A stretch of DNA of 64,000 nucleotides from Nitrospirota bacterium (GTDB taxonomy: Bacteria; Nitrospirota; Thermodesulfovibrionia; Thermodesulfovibrionales; Dissulfurispiraceae). Positions 49,342 to 59,262 of this stretch are shown here, in pieces. A model generated the notes under the pieces. That model did not search any database and was not told where the DNA came from. It was given only the letters and a program-made list of their open reading frames with translations. The stretch lies in contig CAVPZX010000002.1 of assembly GCA_963710375.1 (NCBI GenBank), positions 960,001 through 1,024,000 on the forward strand. The letters are read 5' to 3'. The position numbers and the translations under genes were made by a program. Each line of letters begins with the position of its first letter. Within the stretch, counting starts at the first letter, position 1.

Positions 49342-50056
49342 TAATTGCTTTCCTCCACAAGGCCCGCCAGCCTCAGGATTATATCCAAAGATAACATCCA
49401 GATATAAAATGTCCTTTTGGACATTTCAACAAATTGCTTCGGAAGAATCTTGCATGCTGCATTGCAATACCATGACAGGCAAGACAAAGGTATAGCGGAA
49501 AGGTATGTAACCAGACCCGGGGGACTTTCCCATGGATCAGCGTTACCAAAGTTAAAACCAGCAATATCAAAGAACATAAAAACGAATAATTATAGCAGAA
49601 CTATTTTCTAAAAAAGAAGGGAAATTTAGTCGTTTGAAGCCTTTCCGTAACTGATTGGAATATCGAATATAAATCATGCAGTTTAAAAAAGATGGGAAAA
49701 ATTGTACTGCTGGCGTCCCTATATGAATAGGGTAATTTGTTTGTTTCTTCTGTTAATCAGGGAAGCACCCAAGATATTGGAATTTGCTTTTTGGAGCGGA
49801 TTAAAGGTATCATAATGATACCTAAAATATTTCGATGAATGCTGCATTTATTTTTGATAGTTCACTCTTATTTCTTCCAAATTTATTCAATGTGTATTCT
49901 TAGTTAATGACTTGCCGCCCCCTTTGTCTATCTTAAGTGAAATAACAAAGGGGAGAAGGTGCGCAAGCGAGGCTGGCAGTCCCGTTATTTCAAGTTCTAT
50001 TCTCGTTTAATTGATGGGACCGTATTAACAATCTATTTTGCAGGAGGTGCTGAGGA

Positions 50057-50704
50057 GTGTCGGTAAGAAGAATAACAAACGGCGGCAGGAAGGTGATTGG
50101 GAAATTCCCGAGTCTTAAGATGGGGAGGGCCGTATGGTGGGAGTCGCAGCTTGAGCGAGATTATATTTATTATTTGGAGGTGGACCGAGACATTGTTTCG
50201 TACAAAGAGCAGCCTCTGAAGATCCGCTATCTGCTGGATAGGAAAATTCACCACTATACACCGGACTTCCTGGTCTGGCGGACAGACAAACAACAAATAG
50301 TCGAGGTGAAGGATGAGGAAAGCGCCGGCAAGGAAGAGTACAGGCATTTGTTCCATATTGTTGCCCCGCTTTTCATGGAGGAAGGATATGAATTTGTGGT
50401 AGTGACTGAGAAGACAATTCGTCTCAGGCCTCTTCTGGATAATTTAAAACTGCTGCACAAATATTCCAGAACAATAATTTCGCATAAGCACCAGATTGAC
50501 GCGTATGCTTTTTTCTCAAGCGACGAAGACGGTACGCTGGGAAAGTTGGCGTCCTTCCTCAGAGCCAAGGGATCAGGCGCTGAAATAGCCTATGCCCTAA
50601 TTTATTGGGGTGTCATTGCGGTCAACCTTGCAAATCCTATTAATTCACAAAGCCAGGTGAGCCTGGCGGATGCATCGATGTTAACAAAGGAGAAGTGCGC
50701 GTGA
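50057..50704 (+). CDS. tnsA: Tn7-like TnsA endonuclease
   Basis: GKFPSLK, ESQLERD, EQP, YTPDFLV, IVEVK. Confidence 0.93.
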   Translation: MSVRRITNGGRKVIGKFPSLKMGRAVWWESQLERDYIYYLEVDRDIVSYKEQPLKIRYLLDRKIHHYTPDFLVWRTDKQQIVEVKDEESAGKEEYRHLFHIVAPLFMEEGYEFVVVTEKTIRLRPLLDNLKLLHKYSRTIISHKHQIDAYAFFSSDEDGTLGKLASFLRAKGSGAEIAYALIYWGVIAVNLANPINSQSQVSLADASMLTKEKCA

Positions 50705-52954
50705 AAAATCACAGATTTGGGAAAGGGCAGAGGATTGCCATGGGAGGGCGTGAGTACATAATAGAAAGACGACTTCCTAACGGCGATCTTCAATTAAAAG
50801 ACATTGTAACCAACACATATATGGCAAAAGCGGCGGGGGAGCTTGTTAATGCTTTATTTAATGGCAATTTGGCCATGGTCGCCGATGAGCAACTCATTCC
50901 GTATGTCAGAAAAAATAGTGCTCGCGTGCTTAATGCGGATTTCACCCAATTGCCCGAGAGCGACAGAGAGAAGGCTAAACGGAAATACGCCTACGTCATG
51001 GAAATAATTAAGCGGGGCCTGGACAGGATCACAAAGCAATCTGTCGAGCCGGTTGTTAGTGAAGTAAGCAAAGAACTTAATGATTGTGCACCCCCCTCGT
51101 GGATTCAAGTCTACCGGTGGCACAGGGATTTCATCATATCGGGGGAAAACATTCGTTCCCTCGCACCTCTGACAAAGGCAAGAGGAAACCATAAGATACG
51201 ACTGTCGGAAGAAGTCACGGCTATAATCGAAACCATAATCAATGAAAAATACCTTGATACGCAAAGGGCCTCTGTTCTATCGACTTATGATACGGTGATA
51301 GCCAGAATAGCTCATGAAAACCAGCTAAGGCCAAAAGACGACCAGATAACAAAACCGAGCCAGATGGTTCTTTATCGAGCTGTTGCCAAACTCGATCCCT
51401 ATGAGGAGATGAAAGCGAGATATGGCAAAGCAGCAGCCGACTTGAAGTTCAACCCCGTCAAGCAAGGCATACGCCCTACCCGGGCGCTGGAGCGGGTGGA
51501 AATTGACCATACGAAGTTGGACCTCTTTGTTATAGACACTGAAAGGAAAATGCCCATTGGGCGGCCGTGGCTCACTACCGCAATTGACGTTTATACAAAG
51601 TGTATAGCCGGCATGTATGTCAGCTTTAATCCGCCTTCTTATCTGTCGGTTATGCAGTGCATGCGCCATGCGATAACACCCAAAGCATACGTTAAGCAGC
51701 GGTACCCGGAGATTCGGCATGAATGGGGTGCCTACGGCAAAATGGAAAGTGTCGTGGTTGATAACGGGAAGGAGTTCCACAGCACACATTTTGAAGACGC
51801 ATGCCTCCAGCTTGGGATTGTCCTTCAGTACGCGCCGATCAAACTTGCTTGGTACAAACCGAGCATCGAGAGATATTTCGGTACATTGAACACCAGATTG
51901 CTTCACCAACAGCCTGGCACGTCTTTCTCGAACATCGTTGATAAGGGAGATTATGACCCCAGGGAAAACGCAATTATCGACTTCAATACCCTCATGTCAG
52001 TGCTGCATAAATGGATTGTGGATGTTTACCATTACGATGAACATAGAGGCATACATGATATCCCGGCGCTTAGATGGGAAAAAGCGATAGAGGAATTCCC
52101 GCCGGCCCTCCCTTCCTGCAGGGAAGAACTTGATGTCATGCTCGGCATGATTGAAAAAAGGGTAATCTCCAAATCCGGGATCGAGCTCCACGGCCTTTTT
52201 TATAACGACGAGAGCCTTGCCCTGTTGCGCCGCAGGAGGAAAGAAGAGGGGAAGGTGACGGTCAAGTTCGATCCTGGCGACCTTTCGATGATCCATGTTT
52301 TCGATGAAGACAGCAATACTTTTATTCCTGTGCCGGCTCAGGCTGTCACATATAGTGAAGGCCTGACCCTCTGGCAACACAATGTAATCAGGAGATATAC
52401 CCGCAATTATATCGATGAGAACTGCGATATAATCTCCCTGGCCCTTGCAAAAGAAGAGATTCAGAGGATGGTCGAGAATGCATGGAACAGCAGCAAAAAA
52501 AACGGGACTCGCCAAAAGGCGGCGCGCTGGCTGAATCTTTCTCAAGAAAATCAGCTTGAGACCTCATTACAGGCGGATGCCTTCGGGGGGTCGGCAAGGT
52601 TACCGCTGACAAAGCCGGTTCGACGGGCTTGTTATGCCGGCAGCGAGCGTGCATCCGCTAAACCGCATATCTGATGTGGGAACAGCCATTTGTTGCGACA
52701 ATTCTGAAGACTCGAGAGAAGCAGAAGAAGGCATCGTGATAACGAAGGAACCGATCAGAAAGAAAATGGGCGCTTTAAAAAAGGGAGCGGGAAGGCCGAA
52801 GAAAGAATTATCTGTTGTTAATGGTGCCGCAAAGAAGGCGGGCGACCAAAGAATTAAAGGCACTTCATCCTTTGCCGCAACCTCGATTAATGTTGAAGAG
52901 CACAGCGATTTGTCAGAATGGGATTACAGTTACGCCATGCCCGGGAGGGCATAA
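50695..52954 (+). CDS. tnsB: Tn7-like TnsB DDE transposase, frameshift in the C-terminal tail (about 52600-52670)
   Basis: VEIDHT, VVDNGKEF, KPSIERYF; ORF 52634-52954 supplies an acidic/aromatic tail DLSEWDYSY ending 3 bp before tnsC. Confidence 0.92.
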
Positions 52955-52957
52955 GTA

Positions 52958-54019
52958 ATGACGCAGGGAAACGCTTTGAAAGTTGAGGATGTTTGCGGGA
53001 TGGGAAAGCCCCTGGAGGTTAAGAAAGATTTTGGTGCTATGACAATGAAAGAGAGGGTCAACCTCATAGAGCATATTTTTATTTCTCACCCCCAGCTTAA
53101 GAATATTGTGAAGAAAATAGATGAATGCCATCAGGACTCCAAGGTATCAATTGAGCCCAAATGCCTTTTCATAACCGGGAGGCCCGGCTGCGGCAAAACG
53201 ACGATCGCAAGGTTTTATGAAAGCCGTTATCCGCGCAGGGCTACGGTTGGAGGTGCGGAGATTCCCGTGCTCTCCTCGACAATTTTCTCACCGGCAACAG
53301 TGAAAGGGATGGCGACGGGCCTGCTTTATAGTTTGGGCGACCCCATTGCGGATAAGGGAACAATAACCAGCCAAACAATCAGGTTATACAAAATGATCAA
53401 AGACTGCAAAACGGAGGTAATTGTTCTCGATGAATTCCAGCATCTTATTGATAAGGATTCGAACAAGGTCCTTCAAGTCGCTGCAGATTGGTTGAAGAAT
53501 CTTCTAAACAACACCGCTGTCCCCATGGTGTTGATCGGCATGCCGTCATCGGTAAAGATACTCGACGCGAACGAGCAACTGAGGCGACGTTTCCTGAACA
53601 GGATGTGCCTCAACCCGTTTGGATGGAATACGCCTCGGGAACAAAGGGATTTCATCACATTGTTGAAGTTCATAGAAAAGGCATTGCCGCTCAAAGAGAT
53701 ATCGGGACTCTATTCTTACGAGACAGCTTTCCGGCTTTATTGCGCATCGCGGGGAGTCATTTCCAACCTCATGAAGATTGTGCGCAAGGCTGCAATATTA
53801 GCGATCAGAAAAGGCCAGGAAAGAATATCTCATGACTTGCTTATCGTGGCTTATGAAGATGAGATGGAGGAGAGTAGTGTTGCAGCAGACAACCCGTTTC
53901 TGCTTGATGTCGATAAGCTAACGGCGCCGCTCCTTGAGCAGAATGACGAGAAAGGACTTGGAAAAAGCGTCCGCGGGAGGACAGGCGTAAAACTCGCTGA
54001 CGTGTTAAGCACAAGGTAG
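52958..54019 (+). CDS. tnsC: Tn7-like TnsC/TniB AAA+ ATPase
   Basis: GRPGCGKT, VIVLDEFQHL, NEQLRRRF, SRGVISNLM, NPF. Confidence 0.93.
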   Translation: MTQGNALKVEDVCGMGKPLEVKKDFGAMTMKERVNLIEHIFISHPQLKNIVKKIDECHQDSKVSIEPKCLFITGRPGCGKTTIARFYESRYPRRATVGGAEIPVLSSTIFSPATVKGMATGLLYSLGDPIADKGTITSQTIRLYKMIKDCKTEVIVLDEFQHLIDKDSNKVLQVAADWLKNLLNNTAVPMVLIGMPSSVKILDANEQLRRRFLNRMCLNPFGWNTPREQRDFITLLKFIEKALPLKEISGLYSYETAFRLYCASRGVISNLMKIVRKAAILAIRKGQERISHDLLIVAYEDEMEESSVAADNPFLLDVDKLTAPLLEQNDEKGLGKSVRGRTGVKLADVLSTR

Positions 54020-54033
54020 GGGGAATTTAAGAT

Positions 54034-55941
54034 ATGAGTGGAAAAATTACATTGCTCAGAATACTTAGGCCTCATAACGATGAGAGTTTCCCGGGTTTTC
54101 TTTTAAGGCTTGCGGAGGCGAACGGGTATGAGAGGTTTTCCTGGATATTGCAGATGGCTGGAATAACACACCCGGTAAATTATTTGCCGGATCCGGACCC
54201 ATTAAAGGACAGGATAGATTTAAGCGAGCTTTCTAATATAACTAATGTCAGCGCGGAAGATCTGGGGTCGTTACTTTTCGAGCGACATGATGGGGGCAGA
54301 CACTTCAAGCAGTTCGAGATTTTTGGGCAGGCGGTTCCCCGGTATATGGTGAGGTTTTCGAGGACAAAAGTTTGCCCAGCATGTCTGAAAGAGGCTAACT
54401 ATAGCCGTAAAATATGGGACCTTGCGCCGGTGACTGTGTGCCCCATTCATAAATGTTTTCTTTATGACGTATGCCCGAATTGCTTGAGTCCCATTACATG
54501 GAACCGGGCTCATGTGAGTATCTGTAACTGCACGTACGATTTCCGGGAGGCTCCGCTGTTAAAAGTTAGAGAAGAGAATTTATCATTGGCAAAGTATATT
54601 TATTACCTATGTGGCATGCCGCTGCCCGGTGAGATCGTTCAAAGCGATAATCCTTTATATGCTCTGGATCTGCAGCATCTGCTGCTTGCCGTCTTTTTTA
54701 TAGCGGGGCAACTCCACGGCTTTACGGAGACAACGGGCAAATTCTCCGCGCCCTCTTCCCGAAATATAGTTCTTCTACATTCACTTGCCGAAGCATTCCA
54801 GGTTTTTGAAAATTGGCCCCATAACTTCAACGCGTTCCTTGTAGGCTTGAGGGACCGGTATAACGTTTATGAAGGATCGACAGGGCTTAATGCGGATTTC
54901 GGGTAGTTTTACGAGTATATTTATAAGAATTTCGCCTCTTCAAAATTTCAGTTTATTAGGAGCGCATATGAAAAGTACTTGAGCGAACAATGGGATGGGG
55001 GATATCTATCGGCGAAATGTAAGTTCCTGACCAGGCGAGGCATTAGCCACAAGAAATTTGTCACTAGAATAAAAGCTCAGGAGATACTGCATGTTAAGGA
55101 AAAGGAAATTGATCGACTGCTTAAAACTGGGGAGTTGTTTGGCATTACGAAAAAAATGAAATCCAGAACGATGTATTTGATCGACGTCAATAGCGTCAAA
55201 AGAGTAAGAGAGGCAAATAAAGAACATATGCGCCTCAAAGAAGTAGTGGGTTTCCTGGGAATAGGAGAAAAGACAATAATGGAGTTGGGCCGAGCAAAAA
55301 TATTATGCATATATAACCGGGAGGTAAATAATTCCCTATGCTGGACTTTTAAGCGCACGGATGTCATATCCCTAATGCAAAAATTTGAGGAACTTGCAGA
55401 GGGAAATGAAAGCTGCTCGCTGAAACGAATAACTTTTTCTACCTGTTTGAGAAAGCTTTCCGGCGGCAAAGTGGGATTAATAGAGTTGGTGAAGGCTGTT
55501 CTGGCTGGGGATACCCGCCCCTGCGGGAAAGGCCCGGGAAGAGGATTGCGCAGTTACCTTTTTTATGACAAGGACATTAATGAATTAGTGAGGGCTAATA
55601 GAGAAAAAAATAGGGGTAATCTGTATTCCGTTACGGAAGCGTCGGAAATGCTTGGCCTCAAGGAGGAAGTTGTCTATTTTTTGACAAAGAAGGGAATTAT
55701 TCCGGTCGAGAGGGTAACTAATGGGCAGAAAACGGCGGTTTTTGTGACCAAGGAATCAATTAGTAACTTTGAAGACACATACACAACCTTGTCTTCACTT
55801 GCCAAGGATAATTATACGTCTCCCAAACGCCTTGCACTCGCGCTAATGGATAAAGGGATATCGCCTGTCTCGGGCCCCCTGATTGACAGTGGAAGACAAT
55901 ACATATTTAAGAGAACTGATCTCCAACGGTATGCTGCGTAA
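54034..55941 (+). pseudogene. tniQ: Long TniQ/TnsD-like target selector (~635 codons) interrupted by an in-frame TAG at 54904-54906
   Basis: PHNDESFPGFLLRLAEANG, CPAC/CPIH/CPNC/CNC zinc motifs; ORFs 54034 and 54979 share a frame with no other stop; C-terminal excisionase/MerR-like HTH units such as YSVTEASEMLGL. Confidence 0.82.
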
Positions 55942-56059
55942 AGGAAGAGGTTAGATGTTTAGAATAGATATGTTGGAAATGCTGCTTATCTAAAAGGAGA
56001 CGGCTTTCAGGGTTGTTAATGACGAAACGATATCTGGATTTTGAAGATGAAACGATCCA

Positions 56060-56611
56060 ATGAAATGGAAAGAGGAGAAAGAAATGGTCAGAAAAGAAAA
56101 GACATACAGGTTTTTAGCCATAGCATATAATGTCGAACCCGAAACAGTTGACTACAAGACAGTCCGGTTGATGAGGATCAAAGCATTTCGATCCGACACA
56201 GCAGAAAAAATCGCAAACAGGCGAATCGCGAAGCTGGAGAAGCGGACAGGCTGCGAGTGGACACTCCACAGGGAACCAGGCAAAGTATCGGACCGCGCAG
56301 AGCGGAGGCTCAGGGCAGTCAGATTTCTAAGCCGGGCAAATGATTGTATCTTGGAGAGTATTAAATCGCGGAAAGATCTCCGAGGCGAGATTGATAACAT
56401 GTCAAAGACAGCGGAATATACGTCTGCAAAATATCCTGAACAGATACTCATGAAAGTCGCGTTGCTGCGTCGGAAGATTGGAGATACGGAATTACTTCGG
56501 GAAGCCAGCGAGCTCGCCTCCTTGGCCTCGTTGGCGTCGGCTGGGAAGCTGCGGCCTCCAGTTAACAAAGGGAAGTTGCTCTCGGATATAATAATTGAGG
56601 ATCGCCAGTGA
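56060..56611 (+). CDS. Hypothetical basic protein
   Basis: 183-aa ORF co-oriented with the tns genes; no recognised motif. Confidence 0.45.
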   Translation: MKWKEEKEMVRKEKTYRFLAIAYNVEPETVDYKTVRLMRIKAFRSDTAEKIANRRIAKLEKRTGCEWTLHREPGKVSDRAERRLRAVRFLSRANDCILESIKSRKDLRGEIDNMSKTAEYTSAKYPEQILMKVALLRRKIGDTELLREASELASLASLASAGKLRPPVNKGKLLSDIIIEDRQ

Positions 56612-56672
56612 GTGCTTCCGACATAGCCACGATGATAATGCTGGAATTTTCTAATTATCAGTGGCACTATAA

Positions 56673-57194
56673 ATGAGGGTAGCTCCCGGGAGAAAAAAAG
56701 CTTTACCTGTGGATATGGACGAATCTCAGTTAAATCGCCTCAGAAGTTATGCATGGAACTACTTTGCTTATCATGCAGAGCAGAGAATTAAGACTTTTAA
56801 CTTTTATATTATTCTTGTAGCAGTAATCATCGGCGGCTGCGGAACAGCTCTATCTAATATAAATAAAGAATACTTTAGATTGCTTCTTTCTCTTCTCGGG
56901 TTCCTTCTCACAATTATTTCAGTCGCGTTCGCTTTCCTCGATCGAAGAAATAAGGAATTAGTTCGAAATGGTGAAGCTGCATTAAGGTACCTTGACGAAT
57001 TCGAAGAACTACCAAGCGAAGGATCTGCGCCGCATGTTTTACAATTATTTTCAAGGGATGATCATATCTGTTCGAATAAGCCGAAAGGTCTATCCATCAG
57101 GGCTCATATTTCTTACTCCCACGTATTTAGGAGTATTTTTCTTGTTTTTGGCGTGATAGGCCTGATTATAGGCATAGCGTGTTTGATATATTGA
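56673..57194 (+). CDS. Small multi-TM membrane protein
   Basis: AWNYFAYHAEQRIKTFNFY, then two TM helices and a C-terminal TM helix. Confidence 0.7.
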   Translation: MRVAPGRKKALPVDMDESQLNRLRSYAWNYFAYHAEQRIKTFNFYIILVAVIIGGCGTALSNINKEYFRLLLSLLGFLLTIISVAFAFLDRRNKELVRNGEAALRYLDEFEELPSEGSAPHVLQLFSRDDHICSNKPKGLSIRAHISYSHVFRSIFLVFGVIGLIIGIACLIY

Positions 57195-57343
57195 GACTGG
57201 AGCTCAGGCAAGATTTTAGCGGCATATGGTTTTGACACTTTTGGGTACTAATTAGGTATCGAATGGTGACCCATTAACTGTCCCGCAGGAGAAGCTGTTA
57301 TGATGTCCAAACAGATCGGAAGATAAGAAAGGGTGTATTACTC

Positions 57344-58360
57344 ATGACCCCCAAACCTCTTCGTATAGGCAATGCGGCACATAGGTTTAAGACATATGTA
57401 ACGCCAGATTATGTATCAATTTCAGATGGAGAAATAGCTCATTTTGAGACTTTTCTACGATTCCTTTACGAAAAGTATTTAGAGGGAAGTGTATTGCTTA
57501 CCTACAGAGGAGAAGATTTTAGAAATATTACGCGTAGATTAACCAACATCACAGTCCCCGATATAGAAATTTACAATCGAGCTTTCTATTTTGGCGATAA
57601 AGCAAGGCACTACCAATCGGATGTTTTTAATCCTGATAGCAGGAATTTTCTTACGGGTATAAATGACTCATCTGAGTCAACCATTGCGTATATTTTTAGC
57701 CGCATAAATAATGTTGTTACGTCAGAAAGCAATCTGAGAAGATTGGTATCTCAGAAATTTAGTAAGTTTTTCTCAAAAAATGATAATAAAGAACAATTTG
57801 TTTTGGCTATAAATCGCTGTGATAGCGAGGAAGAGAAGGTTAAGTTACGTGATTACTACCTTTATTTCTTGCATACTGCCGGGTCAAAAGGTATAAGAAA
57901 AGAGGCGTTCTTTGTTTCAACATCCTCAAGTAAGGTTGTTGCACGCGGCTTCGCCCGAAATCGCAAACTAATTTTTCATTATTATATTCCTCAACCGTAT
58001 TATTGTCATGCTGTTGCACCTTGGATTATTGAAGAACATCAACATATAGTAAATAAGCGGAAGCTGCCTATCTATCAACCTTTCGGACTTTTCGCTAACC
58101 AGACAGAAGTAGCAGTTAAAGGGGCTTTGTTTCCTCAATTCTTATATGGTATCGAATTGGTTGAGGGTAATCAATTGATGGTGAATCCTCATATTCTTTC
58201 CTTGAGAAAGAATCAGTTCAAGGAAGCTATAAAAACTGGCGTGACAATTGATCAGAGTGATTTTCATAATAAAATATTTCAAACTGGTTTTATTCGTTGG
58301 GTTCAAGCAGACGAAAACGGCCATTACGAGCAGCATGACCTCTGTCATCACATGATATAG
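57344..58360 (+). CDS. Putative R-S-E ADP-ribosyltransferase (scabin/pierisin/LT-like)
   Basis: TYRGED, FVSTSSS...ARGFA, FANQTEVAVKGALFP; no signal peptide. Confidence 0.6.
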   Translation: MTPKPLRIGNAAHRFKTYVTPDYVSISDGEIAHFETFLRFLYEKYLEGSVLLTYRGEDFRNITRRLTNITVPDIEIYNRAFYFGDKARHYQSDVFNPDSRNFLTGINDSSESTIAYIFSRINNVVTSESNLRRLVSQKFSKFFSKNDNKEQFVLAINRCDSEEEKVKLRDYYLYFLHTAGSKGIRKEAFFVSTSSSKVVARGFARNRKLIFHYYIPQPYYCHAVAPWIIEEHQHIVNKRKLPIYQPFGLFANQTEVAVKGALFPQFLYGIELVEGNQLMVNPHILSLRKNQFKEAIKTGVTIDQSDFHNKIFQTGFIRWVQADENGHYEQHDLCHHMI

Positions 58361-58520
58361 AATGACTATGGGTGACACACTGGCAGCTTGCGGTGTTACT
58401 ATGCACTATCGAAGAATGGAGACCAACATACCATATGTGGCGGACGCATGAACTTTGGCGACTGTAAGGCCGCAGATGTTGAATGTGTATAAGAGAAGGT
58501 TGAAATAATACATGGCCCAG

Positions 58521-58865
58521 TTATCGCAGCACTGATTCCAAATCCATTTCGTCTTTTATCATCCCTACAGTGTCACCCGGTATCAACAGAACCAGCTTCT
58601 GTAAAGGCTTTGAAGGGGGTATCTCGTCTTTTATCACTTGTCTCGCCAAGGAAGATGCACGGAGTTCTTTGCGTCGCTGCCGCCAGGGTTTTACATAGTC
58701 GAGATAGAGGTTGTCGAAATAGGTGGAATTATTTTGCTGCCATTGCTGCTGGGCCTGTTTCTTCCTTGCCCGCTTGCATTGCTCCCTCTGGCAGACTTTC
58801 TGCCTTTGGCCAACTCGTTTATCAGGTGTGAAATACCGCCCACAGTGCATGCATCGCTTGACCAA
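58521..58865 (-). CDS. Zinc-ribbon basic protein of a type seen in IS-associated modules; probably a remnant
   Basis: CMHCGRYFTPDKRVGQRQKVCQREQC; ggagg RBS. Confidence 0.5.
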   Translation of the reverse strand: MVKRCMHCGRYFTPDKRVGQRQKVCQREQCKRARKKQAQQQWQQNNSTYFDNLYLDYVKPWRQRRKELRASSLARQVIKDEIPPSKPLQKLVLLIPGDTVGMIKDEMDLESVLR

Positions 58866-59262
58866 TGATTACCTCCAGTTACTTTGTTTGTGGTAATCAT
58901 TGTATGTAAAGGTGGGTTTCTAAGGTTGGGGTTTCAGTCTACCAAAAAATGCCAACTGTAAATTTCAGGCTGGTTCCATCGGTGGCGCTTTCGGTTCCTC
59001 CGCTATCAGTCCTTTTACTCCGGCCCCCACAGACGGGTAGAGGTCCATGCGCCTTCACATATTGCTTATCAGATAATAAAAGAAATAATTACATATGGAA
59101 GAAAAAATGCCGATGATTCTGTAATAGAAGAATGGCGAGAATATAGTGCCAAATATTTGAAGCTACCTGTGGAATGAAGATGGCAATAAAGAGGCTGGTT
59201 AATGAATTTTACAATTTGGACGATTTCACAGAGAACTATGCGGTCTCTCCTGGTTATGCAAC

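Noticed and set aside
49341..49577. 78-aa ORF upstream of the sigma-like gene
   Set aside because: No motif or clear RBS; it cannot be distinguished from a chance ORF.
54904..54906. Pyrrolysine readthrough in TniQ
   Set aside because: No pyl genes are in the window and there is no catalytic rationale; a nonsense mutation or base error is simpler.
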